Assembly: GCA_017452165.1 (NCBI GenBank)
Contig: JAFTMY010000090.1
Coordinates: forward strand, 1 to 51,542
Length of the DNA stretch: 51,542 nucleotides
From: Clostridia bacterium
Lineage (GTDB): Bacteria; Bacillota; Clostridia; Christensenellales; UBA1242
Direction: 5' to 3'
A model generated the notes under the pieces. It saw only the letters and a list, made by a program, of their open reading frames with translations. It ran no database searches and had not been told where the DNA came from. A program made the position numbers and the translations under genes. Of this stretch, positions 1 through 9,001 are shown in pieces (within the stretch, counting starts at the first letter, position 1; each line of letters begins with the position of its first letter).

Positions 1-306
1 AAGCATTTCAAGAGGTGATACAATTTCTCCGTGAATATATAATCTTATGGATTTTTTTGCATATTTTTTAAACTCTAAATAAATCTCAAAATATTCATCA
101 ACAATAGTATATTTTTTAATTGTGAGAAGTGAATCTTCATATAAGTCTAAAATCCTATAACTTTTATATAAGTAACAAAGAGATAAAACAGGAAATCTTC
201 CATAGCAAACACTTAAATCAGATTTATTTTTTGCAAATACACCAAATCTAAAAACATTATCTGTTTTTATAGCATCATATAACTGCTTTAGATTTTCGTT
301 ATCCAT
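1..306 (-). CDS. hypothetical protein, N-terminal part only (gene runs off the window edge); fourth gene of the RF-like/helicase operon
   Basis: Absent from the ORF track because there is no stop in the window. ATG at 306-304 has AGGAGG a few nt upstream and lies 11 nt after the stop of 318..1031. Open for 102 codons (MDNENLKQLYDAIKTDNVFRFGVFAKNKSDLSVCYGRFPVLSLCYLYKSY...). No family recognised. Confidence 0.5.
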   Translation of the reverse strand, partial: MDNENLKQLYDAIKTDNVFRFGVFAKNKSDLSVCYGRFPVLSLCYLYKSYRILDLYEDSLLTIKKYTIVDEYFEIYLEFKKYAKKSIRLYIHGEIVSPLEML

Positions 307-317
307 AAAACTCCTCC

Positions 318-1031
318 TTATTTCTTAATTTTTATATTTCTTGTTTCTGCCCATCTATCAATAATATCAAAAACATACTCTTCATTTACATCATTATTTT
401 CTACAATCTTTTTAAGTAGATCATTTGATGTTTTATAAGACTGCATAAGTTCATCAATACTTTTCTTTTCTTCTTTAAGTTTTACAACAATATTTTCACT
501 GCCATCTTTTATTGATTGAATCATTTTTGAATTTGATACTAAATTTTCAGCAATATCTTTATTAACAAAATCGCCTACTGCTTGAAGATTTGTATTATAA
601 CTTTCTAAACTTCTCTCAAGTTCCTTTAAGTTATAAGATTTTTTCTTTTCTTCAATTATATTTTCTAGTTTTGAAATTTGTGCTTCTGCCTTTGCTTCAA
701 TTTCATTTACAGATTTTATTCTTGTTTCAATACCTTCAAATGTTGAAATAAGTTTATCAACTTCTTCTGTATACTTGGTTGAACTACGCAAAAATTGATC
801 TACTTTTCTTGTAAGTTCTTCTGATTTTTGAGCCTGTTGTGCTAAACTTTTATGAATCTCATCAAGTTTCGCCTTAGCATCATCTGAAAAAGAGTTTGAT
901 AATTTTTCAATATCACCTTTAAGTGCTGTGTATGTTCCTAAAAACTCATTTAAATCAGACTGAATCGGAACGAGCATATCTCTATATCCTACAAATGCGT
1001 TAATAAGTGAATTAATCTCTTTATTCTCCAT
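318..1031 (-). CDS. coiled-coil protein of unknown function (237 aa)
   Basis: K/E/L-rich heptad-like sequence throughout. AAGGAG lies 9 nt upstream of the ATG. The ATG shares one base with the helicase stop (TAATG at 1031), which indicates translational coupling. Confidence 0.6.
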   Translation of the reverse strand: MENKEINSLINAFVGYRDMLVPIQSDLNEFLGTYTALKGDIEKLSNSFSDDAKAKLDEIHKSLAQQAQKSEELTRKVDQFLRSSTKYTEEVDKLISTFEGIETRIKSVNEIEAKAEAQISKLENIIEEKKKSYNLKELERSLESYNTNLQAVGDFVNKDIAENLVSNSKMIQSIKDGSENIVVKLKEEKKSIDELMQSYKTSNDLLKKIVENNDVNEEYVFDIIDRWAETRNIKIKK

Positions 1032-3460
1032 TATTTTTTCTCCTTAAATTCTTTTAACTTTGCTTTAATATTTTTATGATTATTTTTTATATTTTCTAAG
1101 TCTTGTTTTACAACATCAATTATTAAATTTTGAGCATCAGGATTATCTTCAAAATCTAAGAAAAATTTAACTATATCAGCATCAAGATTTGATTGATTTT
1201 TATTTTCTAGATTTTCCATAAACTCAATAAGTTTTGTTTCACCAGACACTATAAACTGCTCTTTTGCTTCACTTAAAAGACCAATTTGCCAAAGTTTAAT
1301 ACCAGCCTGTTTATTTTTATTTTTAAAGATATAATCTTTATAGATGTTAATTTTTTCAATTTGTTGATAACTTTCATAGTCATTTTCAATCTTTTCTGCA
1401 TAAAACTTTGCGTTATCAAATTGTCCAAGTTTTATAAACTCGTTAATTCTCTCAAAAATTTCATCATCATCAATTTCAAGTTTACTTATAACATCTTCAA
1501 ACTTTTCAAATGAACTTACTCCATCAAGTATATCAAAATGTTCTTTGAAAAATTCAGCGAAATTTGAAACATTTTCTGTCTCAAAGACAAAAATGTTATG
1601 TTTTGCACGAGAAAGTCCAACATAGAAAAGGTTAAAATAATATCTATAAACAGAGTTTTCATCAGCCTGTTTTCTATTAATTGTAAGGTAGTTGAGTCTT
1701 TGCCATTTATCACTGTTAGATGATAAAATATTATATAAAACAACTGTTTCTCTCTCTAAACCTTTGATTTCTGAAATTGTTAAAATTTCCTGTTTTTTGA
1801 AAATTTTTCTAAGTTCATCTTTTGCCTTTTTATCATTAACTAAAATTGTAAAGTTTTCAAATTTTTCATTTTTAAGTTTATCTATAAACTTTTTATCTGT
1901 CGTATAAACTGTATTTGATATTGTGCTTTGGTCAATACTTTCACCTGACAAAACGAAACTATGTGTTCCAAATTGTTTAATATTAATGTTAGATAAACCA
2001 TCTAAAAGTTCAACAATTTTTTTGTTATTTCTATAATTACACTCAAGTTCTGCAACACTTGTTACATCTTCATTATACATTAATTTTTTTAGATATGAAA
2101 AACTAAAATACGAAGGATTTATCATTTGAAGAGCATCACCAACACAGAACATTTTGATTGAAATTTCTTTTAATAAATTTAAGTTAATTTCTGTATAATC
2201 TTGAACTTCATCTATAACAGAAAGTGAATATTTTTTAAATTTATCAAGATTTTTAAGTAAAATGGCTGAAATTTCGTTATTATCAAGTAAATTTTGCGCT
2301 TTTTTAAATTTTTTATATTCCATCGCAATACCATAAATAACTTCACTTTCTTCTTTTGTAAAACTATTAATTCTCTTTTGTTTATAATCTTCTAAACTTA
2401 AGTGTTCAACTCCATTATTATAACAACCAAATATCATACCATAAATTTCTTTATAGATAACAGAGTAAGAAATATTTTTAATTTTAGTCAAACGATTCTT
2501 AAGTTGGTGATTATTTAGTTTTGTTAAAAATACTTTTTCAAAAGTCTCTTCATCACTAAACTCAACATCATTCCCCATAATATCTCTATACAAATCTTCC
2601 AAGAGTTTATAGTCTATATGAGAGTCTAAAAATTTTACCACTTGACTAAGTTTTTTTATTATATTTTCTTCTTTGTCTGCAACAATATATATGCCAAGTC
2701 TATTTTCAATTGCTTTTTTATGATTTCTATCCAAAAACACAATTCTATTATTTTTATAATCATCAATTAAATTTTCAATAGTATTTTTAAAAATTTCTAT
2801 TTTCTTTTTAGTATCAATGAGCAGACCTCTTGAAAAAGTCGTATATAAAATTTTACCCGAGTAATTTCTACAAGCAGTGTAAATTATTTTACTTATACAC
2901 ACATTTGTTTTACCACTTCCAGCAACACCTTGAACAAGAACATTTTCATTTTCAATTTCAACAAGTTTTTCTTGTTTTTCACTAAGCATTGGAAAATTTA
3001 TATACTCTGATGATGATATTAAATATAATTTTTTAAATATACTTTCATCAATTTCTTGATTAAATTTTTCAATTTTTACATTAAATATTTTAGAATTTTT
3101 AATGAAAAAATTAATTCTTTGGTCATTTGTTTTTAAATTATCATTTCCACTCTTTATTTCAAAAAATATTATATCACACTCATTTAATCCAAAGGTTTTA
3201 TCTAATTGAAAACCAAGTTTAAACAAAAATGAAAATTGATTATCGACAGTCTTTACAAAAAAACAATCATTTGTTTTATCATTTTTACCAACTAAATCTT
3301 TAGCAATTTTAGATATACTTTCAGCAATTTTTAATACGAAATTATCTATACCTACTATTTTTTTTGTTTGGTAAAAGAAACTTTCAGTCTTATAAATTTT
3401 TATTTCACTTGAAAGAATTTGTTTACCAATATTTACTTCTAAATTAAATTTATTTTCCAT
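1031..3460 (-). CDS. SF1 UvrD/PcrA-like helicase with an unassigned N-terminal domain (~170 aa) and a helical C-terminal extension (~150 aa)
   Basis: Walker A VQGVAGSGKTN, motif Ia TTFSRG, motif II VIDEVQDY, motif III VGDALQMI, motif IV ECNYRNNKKIV, motif V KGLERETVVL, motif VI YVGLSRAKHNIFVF. The track start (3466) is a TTG. I prefer the ATG at 3460 (MENKFNLEV), which lies 8 nt upstream of the RF-like stop. Confidence 0.85.
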   Translation of the reverse strand: MENKFNLEVNIGKQILSSEIKIYKTESFFYQTKKIVGIDNFVLKIAESISKIAKDLVGKNDKTNDCFFVKTVDNQFSFLFKLGFQLDKTFGLNECDIIFFEIKSGNDNLKTNDQRINFFIKNSKIFNVKIEKFNQEIDESIFKKLYLISSSEYINFPMLSEKQEKLVEIENENVLVQGVAGSGKTNVCISKIIYTACRNYSGKILYTTFSRGLLIDTKKKIEIFKNTIENLIDDYKNNRIVFLDRNHKKAIENRLGIYIVADKEENIIKKLSQVVKFLDSHIDYKLLEDLYRDIMGNDVEFSDEETFEKVFLTKLNNHQLKNRLTKIKNISYSVIYKEIYGMIFGCYNNGVEHLSLEDYKQKRINSFTKEESEVIYGIAMEYKKFKKAQNLLDNNEISAILLKNLDKFKKYSLSVIDEVQDYTEINLNLLKEISIKMFCVGDALQMINPSYFSFSYLKKLMYNEDVTSVAELECNYRNNKKIVELLDGLSNINIKQFGTHSFVLSGESIDQSTISNTVYTTDKKFIDKLKNEKFENFTILVNDKKAKDELRKIFKKQEILTISEIKGLERETVVLYNILSSNSDKWQRLNYLTINRKQADENSVYRYYFNLFYVGLSRAKHNIFVFETENVSNFAEFFKEHFDILDGVSSFEKFEDVISKLEIDDDEIFERINEFIKLGQFDNAKFYAEKIENDYESYQQIEKINIYKDYIFKNKNKQAGIKLWQIGLLSEAKEQFIVSGETKLIEFMENLENKNQSNLDADIVKFFLDFEDNPDAQNLIIDVVKQDLENIKNNHKNIKAKLKEFKEKK

Positions 3461-4457
3461 TAACAATTATATCACTTGAAATTATCTTCAAATCTCCGTT
3501 TAAAATTTGTTTTAAATTATATTCTTTTTTTGTTTTTTGACACACAACAATATTTCTATCATAATTAAAAATAATTGTTGGCGTAGATGAAAAAAGTGCA
3601 TTTTTTATGTTTTTTCTTTGAATTTCTATATCATTTTTACTATCTTTTGATATTTTTTCTAAAATTTTCTTTTCTAAATTTTCAAATGCTCGCTTTTTAT
3701 TCATCACTTGCGAGCGTTCATCTTTACACACAACAACAATACCTGTTGGTTTATGAATAAGTCTTATTCCACTTTCAGTTTTGTTGATATGCTGTCCACC
3801 CGCCCCATCTGATTTTAGTGTTTCAATTTCTACATCATCAGTGCTTAATTTAAAATTATTATCTTTTATATTTAAAATGACAACTCCAAAAACCGTCTCA
3901 TTTCCTGCAGTAATCATTTTAACATTACCTGAAAAAATATTCAAATCATCATATATATTATCACCTATAATTTCAATCAAGGTATTGTTTTCATTTTGAT
4001 TTATTACAACAAACTCACAATTGTTCATTTTTGCATATAAACTAAATAAGTTAATAATGTTTGCAAATTTCTCACTATCCCCAGTTTTCAAAGTAATCTC
4101 TATTTTTATCTTTTGATTTAACTTTTCATCTGATTTTACAAGTTCATTTTTCATTTGATTAAAAAGTATATTGCTCTTTTCGGACAAACTTTTATTTTGT
4201 ATTATCAATTGGTTTTTTATTTCTGAACTTTCTTCAATTGTTAAAAGTTCTTCATTGTCTTCTATTTCTAATTTTAATTTTTTAAATTCTTTAAATAGTG
4301 TTACAATTTTTTCTAAAGACTTATATTTTTTTTGATAATATAAAAAAAGTTTATTATCCATCATTATTTCCACAGACTCAAGTAATTCGCCTATTTCATC
4401 ATACTCTTTTTCTTTCTCATTAAACTTTACCATAAATGTTTTGTCTATTTTTTCCAT
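3450..4457 (-). CDS. class-I peptide chain release factor (RF1-like) paralogue with a conserved GGQ domain and a degenerate decoding region
   Basis: SDGAGGQHINKTESGIRLIHKPTGIVVVCKDERSQVMNKKRA matches the RF GGQ domain (GGQ codons at 3792-3800). The N-terminal helical region has an RF1-like pattern. Where RF1 has RVPxTExxGRxHTS, this protein has MITAGNETVFGVV. No PxT or SPF motif is present and the segment is about 9 aa shorter. No obvious SD upstream. Confidence 0.8.
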   Translation of the reverse strand: MEKIDKTFMVKFNEKEKEYDEIGELLESVEIMMDNKLFLYYQKKYKSLEKIVTLFKEFKKLKLEIEDNEELLTIEESSEIKNQLIIQNKSLSEKSNILFNQMKNELVKSDEKLNQKIKIEITLKTGDSEKFANIINLFSLYAKMNNCEFVVINQNENNTLIEIIGDNIYDDLNIFSGNVKMITAGNETVFGVVILNIKDNNFKLSTDDVEIETLKSDGAGGQHINKTESGIRLIHKPTGIVVVCKDERSQVMNKKRAFENLEKKILEKISKDSKNDIEIQRKNIKNALFSSTPTIIFNYDRNIVVCQKTKKEYNLKQILNGDLKIISSDIIVNGK

Positions 4458-4677
4458 AATAACATAATAACAAATTTTGATTGATTATACAATTAATAAA
4501 AACATATTATCTCATAATTTATAATATTTAACATTTTTTTTAATAATATTTAATAACTTACATAATATTATTTCAATATTTTTTTAAAATATGGTATATT
4601 ATTATTGGAAATGTTATTTGTTAATCATTTTTTTATTAAAATTAATAGACATTTCAAACTAATATGGAGATGAAATT

Positions 4678-5640
4678 ATGAATTATACATTACTTGGTTG
4701 CGGTAGATGGGGCTCATTTATCGCTTGGTATTTAAACAAAAATAAAAATAATGTTACAGTATGGGGCCGCTCAGGAGACCCTATTGTGGAAAATTTACTT
4801 GCTACTCGCAAAAATGATTATGTTGAATTTCCTGAAGAAATTGAACTTACTACAGACTTAACTTATGCTCTTGGTAAAAGTGAATATATTATTATTTCAA
4901 TCAGTGCTCAAGCAGTTAGAAATTTAATGGAAAATGTTTCTAAGATTGAAGGTTATAAAGATAAAAAATTCATCTTATGTATGAAAGGAATTGAAGATAA
5001 GACCGGAGCAAGACTCTCAACTATTTTAATTGAATTTGGCGTTCCACAAGATAATATTGCTGTTTGGGTTGGACCTGGACACATTCAAGCATTTGTGGCA
5101 GGTGTTCCAAGTGTTATGGTTATTGATTCTTATAATCCAGACCTTTCCGAGCATTTAGCAAAAACTCTTCGTTCAGATCTTATTAGATTCTATCAAGGTC
5201 AAGATATTATTGGTTCAGAAATTGGTGCTGCTGCTAAAAACGTAATGGGCATTGCTGCTGGACTTTTAGATGGTTATAACTTTGCAACACTTAAAGGCGG
5301 ACTTATGGCAAGAGGTGCAAGAGAGATTTCGAGACTCATTAAAGCCTGTGGTGGAAATGAATTTTCTGCTTATGGACTTTGTCATCTTGGTGACTATGAG
5401 GCAACTCTATTTTCAAAATTTTCACACAATAGAATGTGGGGCGAAATGTTTGCAAAAGGCGAAAAATTTGAAAAACTTGCAGAAGGTGTAGCAACATCTT
5501 CAGCCCTTCTTCACATTGCAAAAAATGTTAATGTTGACTTACCTATCACACAAACAGTTTATGATATGATTCACGGAAACATATCAAAAGATGAAGCAAT
5601 TAAAAGATTATTTGCAAGAGATAATATTAGAGAATTTTAA
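4678..5640 (+). CDS. gpsA: NAD(P)H-dependent glycerol-3-phosphate dehydrogenase
   Basis: N-terminal Rossmann motif LGCGRWGSFIAWYL, plus GPGHIQAF, AAAKNVMGIAAG and GLCHLGDYEATLFS..SHNR. GGAGA RBS. Confidence 0.9.
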   Translation: MNYTLLGCGRWGSFIAWYLNKNKNNVTVWGRSGDPIVENLLATRKNDYVEFPEEIELTTDLTYALGKSEYIIISISAQAVRNLMENVSKIEGYKDKKFILCMKGIEDKTGARLSTILIEFGVPQDNIAVWVGPGHIQAFVAGVPSVMVIDSYNPDLSEHLAKTLRSDLIRFYQGQDIIGSEIGAAAKNVMGIAAGLLDGYNFATLKGGLMARGAREISRLIKACGGNEFSAYGLCHLGDYEATLFSKFSHNRMWGEMFAKGEKFEKLAEGVATSSALLHIAKNVNVDLPITQTVYDMIHGNISKDEAIKRLFARDNIREF

Positions 5641-5646
5641 TACAAA

Positions 5647-5688
5647 AAAAGATGTAATTTACAAAATTAAATTACATCTTTTTATTTT
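5647..5688 (+). terminator. rho-independent terminator after gpsA
   Basis: aaaagatgtaattt / aaattacatctttt inverted repeat followed by a T-run. Confidence 0.6.
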
Positions 5689-5855
5689 TATTTTACATAA
5701 ATTAAATATTTATTTTTATTATTTTATTTAATTTATTTTTCAATAAAAACAACATATTTTACCATTTTTTAGTAAAAATATGCTGTTTTTATATGTTTTT
5801 TATATAAATTTTATAAATTTTTGCGTTTTTTCAAAATTTAAGCAAGAGACAGTTT

Positions 5856-6584
5856 TTATTTGATTCTATAATTTATAAGTTTTTCTTTATCTTCTTTTGA
5901 CACTCTAAAACTATCTCTACATTTACAAATTGATTTATTTTGAGTGAATTTATCAAGCACTTTTTCATCTAATAATTTATAAGTTTTTTCTTTAAATTTT
6001 AAAAATCCATAACTAATTAGCCAAGCAATTCCCATTTGAACATAGTATGCTCTATTTGTCACACTTTTGCACATATTATAAATTTTATCTATATATTTTT
6101 CTTCTAAATAATAGGTCATTAATGTTACAATTCCAAATCTTGAGATAAACTCTTTTTCTGAAAAACATAGATTATAAAAGTAATCAAAATACTCGTCTTT
6201 TTTATCACTTTTTGCAAAAATTTTCATACTAGATACCACGCTATCAATGTGTGCCCAGCAATCAAATTTACACTTCAATTCATCTAATAATTTTATTTGA
6301 AGCCCTATATCTTTTATGTATGTTACTATTAAACCTTGAATTAAAATTTCCTCATAAGAGTCATCTTTTGCAAACTTTAAAAAATTATTTATATCAAACT
6401 TTGCTATATTTTTTGCAACCTTTCTAACATCAGCCATTGAAAGTGCAAGTATCTCTTTTTTTGAATTAATAATTCTTTTATGCCTCTCCCTATCTTCAAT
6501 CGACTCTTCTTTTGCAAGTGATTTTAAATAATCAACAAATTTAATATAATCGTTTTCACTTTTTATATTAAAATCAAAATTCAT
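5856..6584 (-). CDS. DNA alkylation repair protein (AlkD-like HEAT-repeat family)
   Basis: Pattern matches remembered AlkD-family blocks: DCWAHIDSVVSS (cf. WWDSVDS), EFISRFGIVTLM, YYVQMGIAWLISY. The start is 2 nt after the RSH stop, with GAGGTG as RBS, so the two are probably co-transcribed. Confidence 0.65.
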   Translation of the reverse strand: MNFDFNIKSENDYIKFVDYLKSLAKEESIEDRERHKRIINSKKEILALSMADVRKVAKNIAKFDINNFLKFAKDDSYEEILIQGLIVTYIKDIGLQIKLLDELKCKFDCWAHIDSVVSSMKIFAKSDKKDEYFDYFYNLCFSEKEFISRFGIVTLMTYYLEEKYIDKIYNMCKSVTNRAYYVQMGIAWLISYGFLKFKEKTYKLLDEKVLDKFTQNKSICKCRDSFRVSKEDKEKLINYRIK

Positions 6585-6586
6585 TA

Positions 6587-8683
6587 TTATTTCACCTCAT
6601 AAACAGACTTAAGTGAACTAAGTTTATTCTTAACTTGAATAAGTTGGTTTTTATCTCTAACCAAAACTCCAACTTTTAAAAGTAAATCACCTTCTTTATT
6701 TTGACTTGTGTTAAGTGATGCAAGTTTTACATTTAATCCACTTAGAACATTTGTTATTTCAAGATAAACATTGTTTGAGTTAAGAGCAACAAGGTCAATC
6801 ATTGCTGAGAAAGTAAAGTTCTCATTATCTTGATAATTCCAATTAACTTTTATAAATCTTGATTCAGGAAGTTTAGGCACATTTTCGCAAGTCTTTTTAT
6901 GAATAATAATACCCCTACCTCTTGAAACATAACCAACAATTTCATCTCCTGGAATTGGATTACAACACTTACAATACTGAGTAAGCGTTCCCTCAGCCCC
7001 AATAATATCCGTTTTTGCTTCAAATTTAACTGGATTTTTATTTATTTCTTCTAATACATTTCTGTTCTTTTGTTCTTCAAGATGCTTTAAGTTTAAAAGT
7101 CTATTGACAAACTTTTCAGCAGTCATCGAACCATAACCAATCGCAGCATAAAGTTCATCAAGTGCTAAAAATGCGTTTCTTTTTAAAATAATTTCAATCC
7201 ACTCATCTTTCATAATTGAAGAAAGCGCAACATCACAAGATTTTGCGTGTTGTTCAACCATACTTTTTCCAAGTTTAATATTTTCTTCCTTCATTTGCTT
7301 TTTATAGAAACTATTAATCTTGTCTTTTGTAGATTGCATTTTTACAATTTTAAGCCAGTCTCTTGATGGTCCTTTTGAAGTTGTCGATGTTAAAATTTCA
7401 ACCACATCACCATTAGAAAGTGGAGATACAAGTGGAACCATAAGACCATTTACCCTCGCACCTACGCAGTGATTACCAACATCTGTATGAATTGCGTAAG
7501 CAAAGTCAATAGGTGTTGCATTTTCTAAAAGTTTTATAACCTTACCTTTTGGAGTTTGAACAAAAATTTCACCAAGATAAACATCAGTTTTAAGTTCTTC
7601 TAAAAGTCTATCAGACGATACACTATCTTTATTTTCCAAAAGTTTTCTAATCCATAAAAGTTTGTTGTCAAGTTTTGCAAGAGACCTTTTATGCTCTTTA
7701 TATAAAAAGTGAGCAGCGACACCATACTCAGCAAATTCATGCATATCATGAGTTCTAATTTGAACTTCAAAAAATTCATTTTCATAATAAACTGTTGAGT
7801 GAAGTGACTTATAGCCATTTGGTTTTGGGTGTGCAATATAATCTTTAAATCTTCCATCAACTGGGAAAAAGTTTGCGTGAATAATACCAAGAACTAAGTA
7901 ACACTCTGAAACAGAGTTTACTAAAATTCTAATCGCTGTTATATCATAGATACTTTTAAGCGAAATATTTTTGCTTCTAATTTTATTATGGATACTAGAT
8001 AAGTGCTTTACTCTTCCGTAACACTTACAATCAATATTGTTTGATTCCATAAGTTTTTTAGTGTTTGAAACAACTGTTTCAAGCATTTCATTGCTAGAAC
8101 GAGATTCATTTTTTAATTCTTCTTCAAGTTTTTTGTAAGTTTCTGGTTCATGAAACTCAAAAGATAAATCTTGAAATTCAGATTTAATTTCACTAAGTCC
8201 AAGTCTTGCAGAGATTGGTGCAAAGATATCATCAATCGCCTTAAACTTTTTTATAGAAACTTCATCATTATAATTTTTGACATTTTTTCTAGCAAAGACA
8301 AGCATTTCTGCACTTTTTATAATGATTACTCTTATATCTTTAGTGATAGCAAGAAGCATCTCTTTAAGTCCATCGGCATCGGTATAATTAGTGGAAAGTT
8401 CCTCACATTTAATAAGCATATTAAGAAGCATTAAAAGTTCTTTATCATCACTACCAACTTCTTCAAATGTTAATTTATTCTCTTTTATAAATGGAAAAAG
8501 TAATCCTGCGCAAACACTTTTTTCATCTAATTTTAAGCCAATAATAATTTTTAAAATTTCTTCACAGTCTTTAATTAGTTCTTTTTCTTCTGAAAATCTT
8601 TCACCAATAAGACTATTTATTTTAACAATTCTATCAACTTCTTCTTTTTTATATTTTGATTCTAAAAATGATTTATCAATCAT
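6587..8683 (-). CDS. relA: long RelA/SpoT homologue, (p)ppGpp synthetase with a degenerate hydrolase domain
   Basis: Synthetase motifs are intact: RVKHLSSIHNKI, YDITAIRILV, RFKDYIAHPKPNGYKSLHSTV, EVQIRTHDMHEFAEYGVAAHFLYKE. TGS domain (PKGKVIKLLENATPIDFAYAIHTDVGNHCVGARVNG), CCNPIPGDEIVGYVSRGRGIIIH and a C-terminal ACT-like region are present. The HD residues are replaced (see finding). Confidence 0.9.
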   Translation of the reverse strand: MIDKSFLESKYKKEEVDRIVKINSLIGERFSEEKELIKDCEEILKIIIGLKLDEKSVCAGLLFPFIKENKLTFEEVGSDDKELLMLLNMLIKCEELSTNYTDADGLKEMLLAITKDIRVIIIKSAEMLVFARKNVKNYNDEVSIKKFKAIDDIFAPISARLGLSEIKSEFQDLSFEFHEPETYKKLEEELKNESRSSNEMLETVVSNTKKLMESNNIDCKCYGRVKHLSSIHNKIRSKNISLKSIYDITAIRILVNSVSECYLVLGIIHANFFPVDGRFKDYIAHPKPNGYKSLHSTVYYENEFFEVQIRTHDMHEFAEYGVAAHFLYKEHKRSLAKLDNKLLWIRKLLENKDSVSSDRLLEELKTDVYLGEIFVQTPKGKVIKLLENATPIDFAYAIHTDVGNHCVGARVNGLMVPLVSPLSNGDVVEILTSTTSKGPSRDWLKIVKMQSTKDKINSFYKKQMKEENIKLGKSMVEQHAKSCDVALSSIMKDEWIEIILKRNAFLALDELYAAIGYGSMTAEKFVNRLLNLKHLEEQKNRNVLEEINKNPVKFEAKTDIIGAEGTLTQYCKCCNPIPGDEIVGYVSRGRGIIIHKKTCENVPKLPESRFIKVNWNYQDNENFTFSAMIDLVALNSNNVYLEITNVLSGLNVKLASLNTSQNKEGDLLLKVGVLVRDKNQLIQVKNKLSSLKSVYEVK

Positions 8684-9001
8684 AATAACTCCTATTTTGT
8701 ATATACTACTAGCAACTTTATTATACTATAAACTAACAAAACTGAAAAGCAAAATTAACAATAATAATTATTTTTAAATTAATCCAATTATTAAATATAT
8801 TTTTAGTTATTTTATTTTTATTTGATATATGTAAAAAAATTTGATACAATATTAATAAATTAAATAAAATAATATTATTGATTATTTATTTTTTGCAAAA
8901 AAGTTGCATTATTCTTGTTTTATTGCCAAATTTTTAATAATATTCTAATATTTTTGCACTTTTTTAAAAATTTTAACTACAAGATTTAAAGGAGAAAAAT
9001 T

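Noticed and set aside
1286-1907. Track ORFs 1286..1513(+), 1516..1743(-) and 1692..1907(+) inside the helicase gene
   Set aside because: They are antisense or alternate-frame reads of an AT-rich gene. Their translations are low-complexity (F/I/L/K) and they have no RBS. The helicase frame carries all the conserved motifs.
3450-4457. Calling the RF-like gene canonical prfA, or prfB with a programmed frameshift
   Set aside because: There is no PxT or SPF motif and no internal CTT-TGA-type frameshift site. The ORF is continuous. I therefore call it only an RF1-like paralogue.
8171-8777. Track ORFs 8171..8434(+) and 8391..8777(+)
   Set aside because: They are antisense to the 5' end of the RSH gene, give serine/leucine-rich low-complexity translations and have no RBS.
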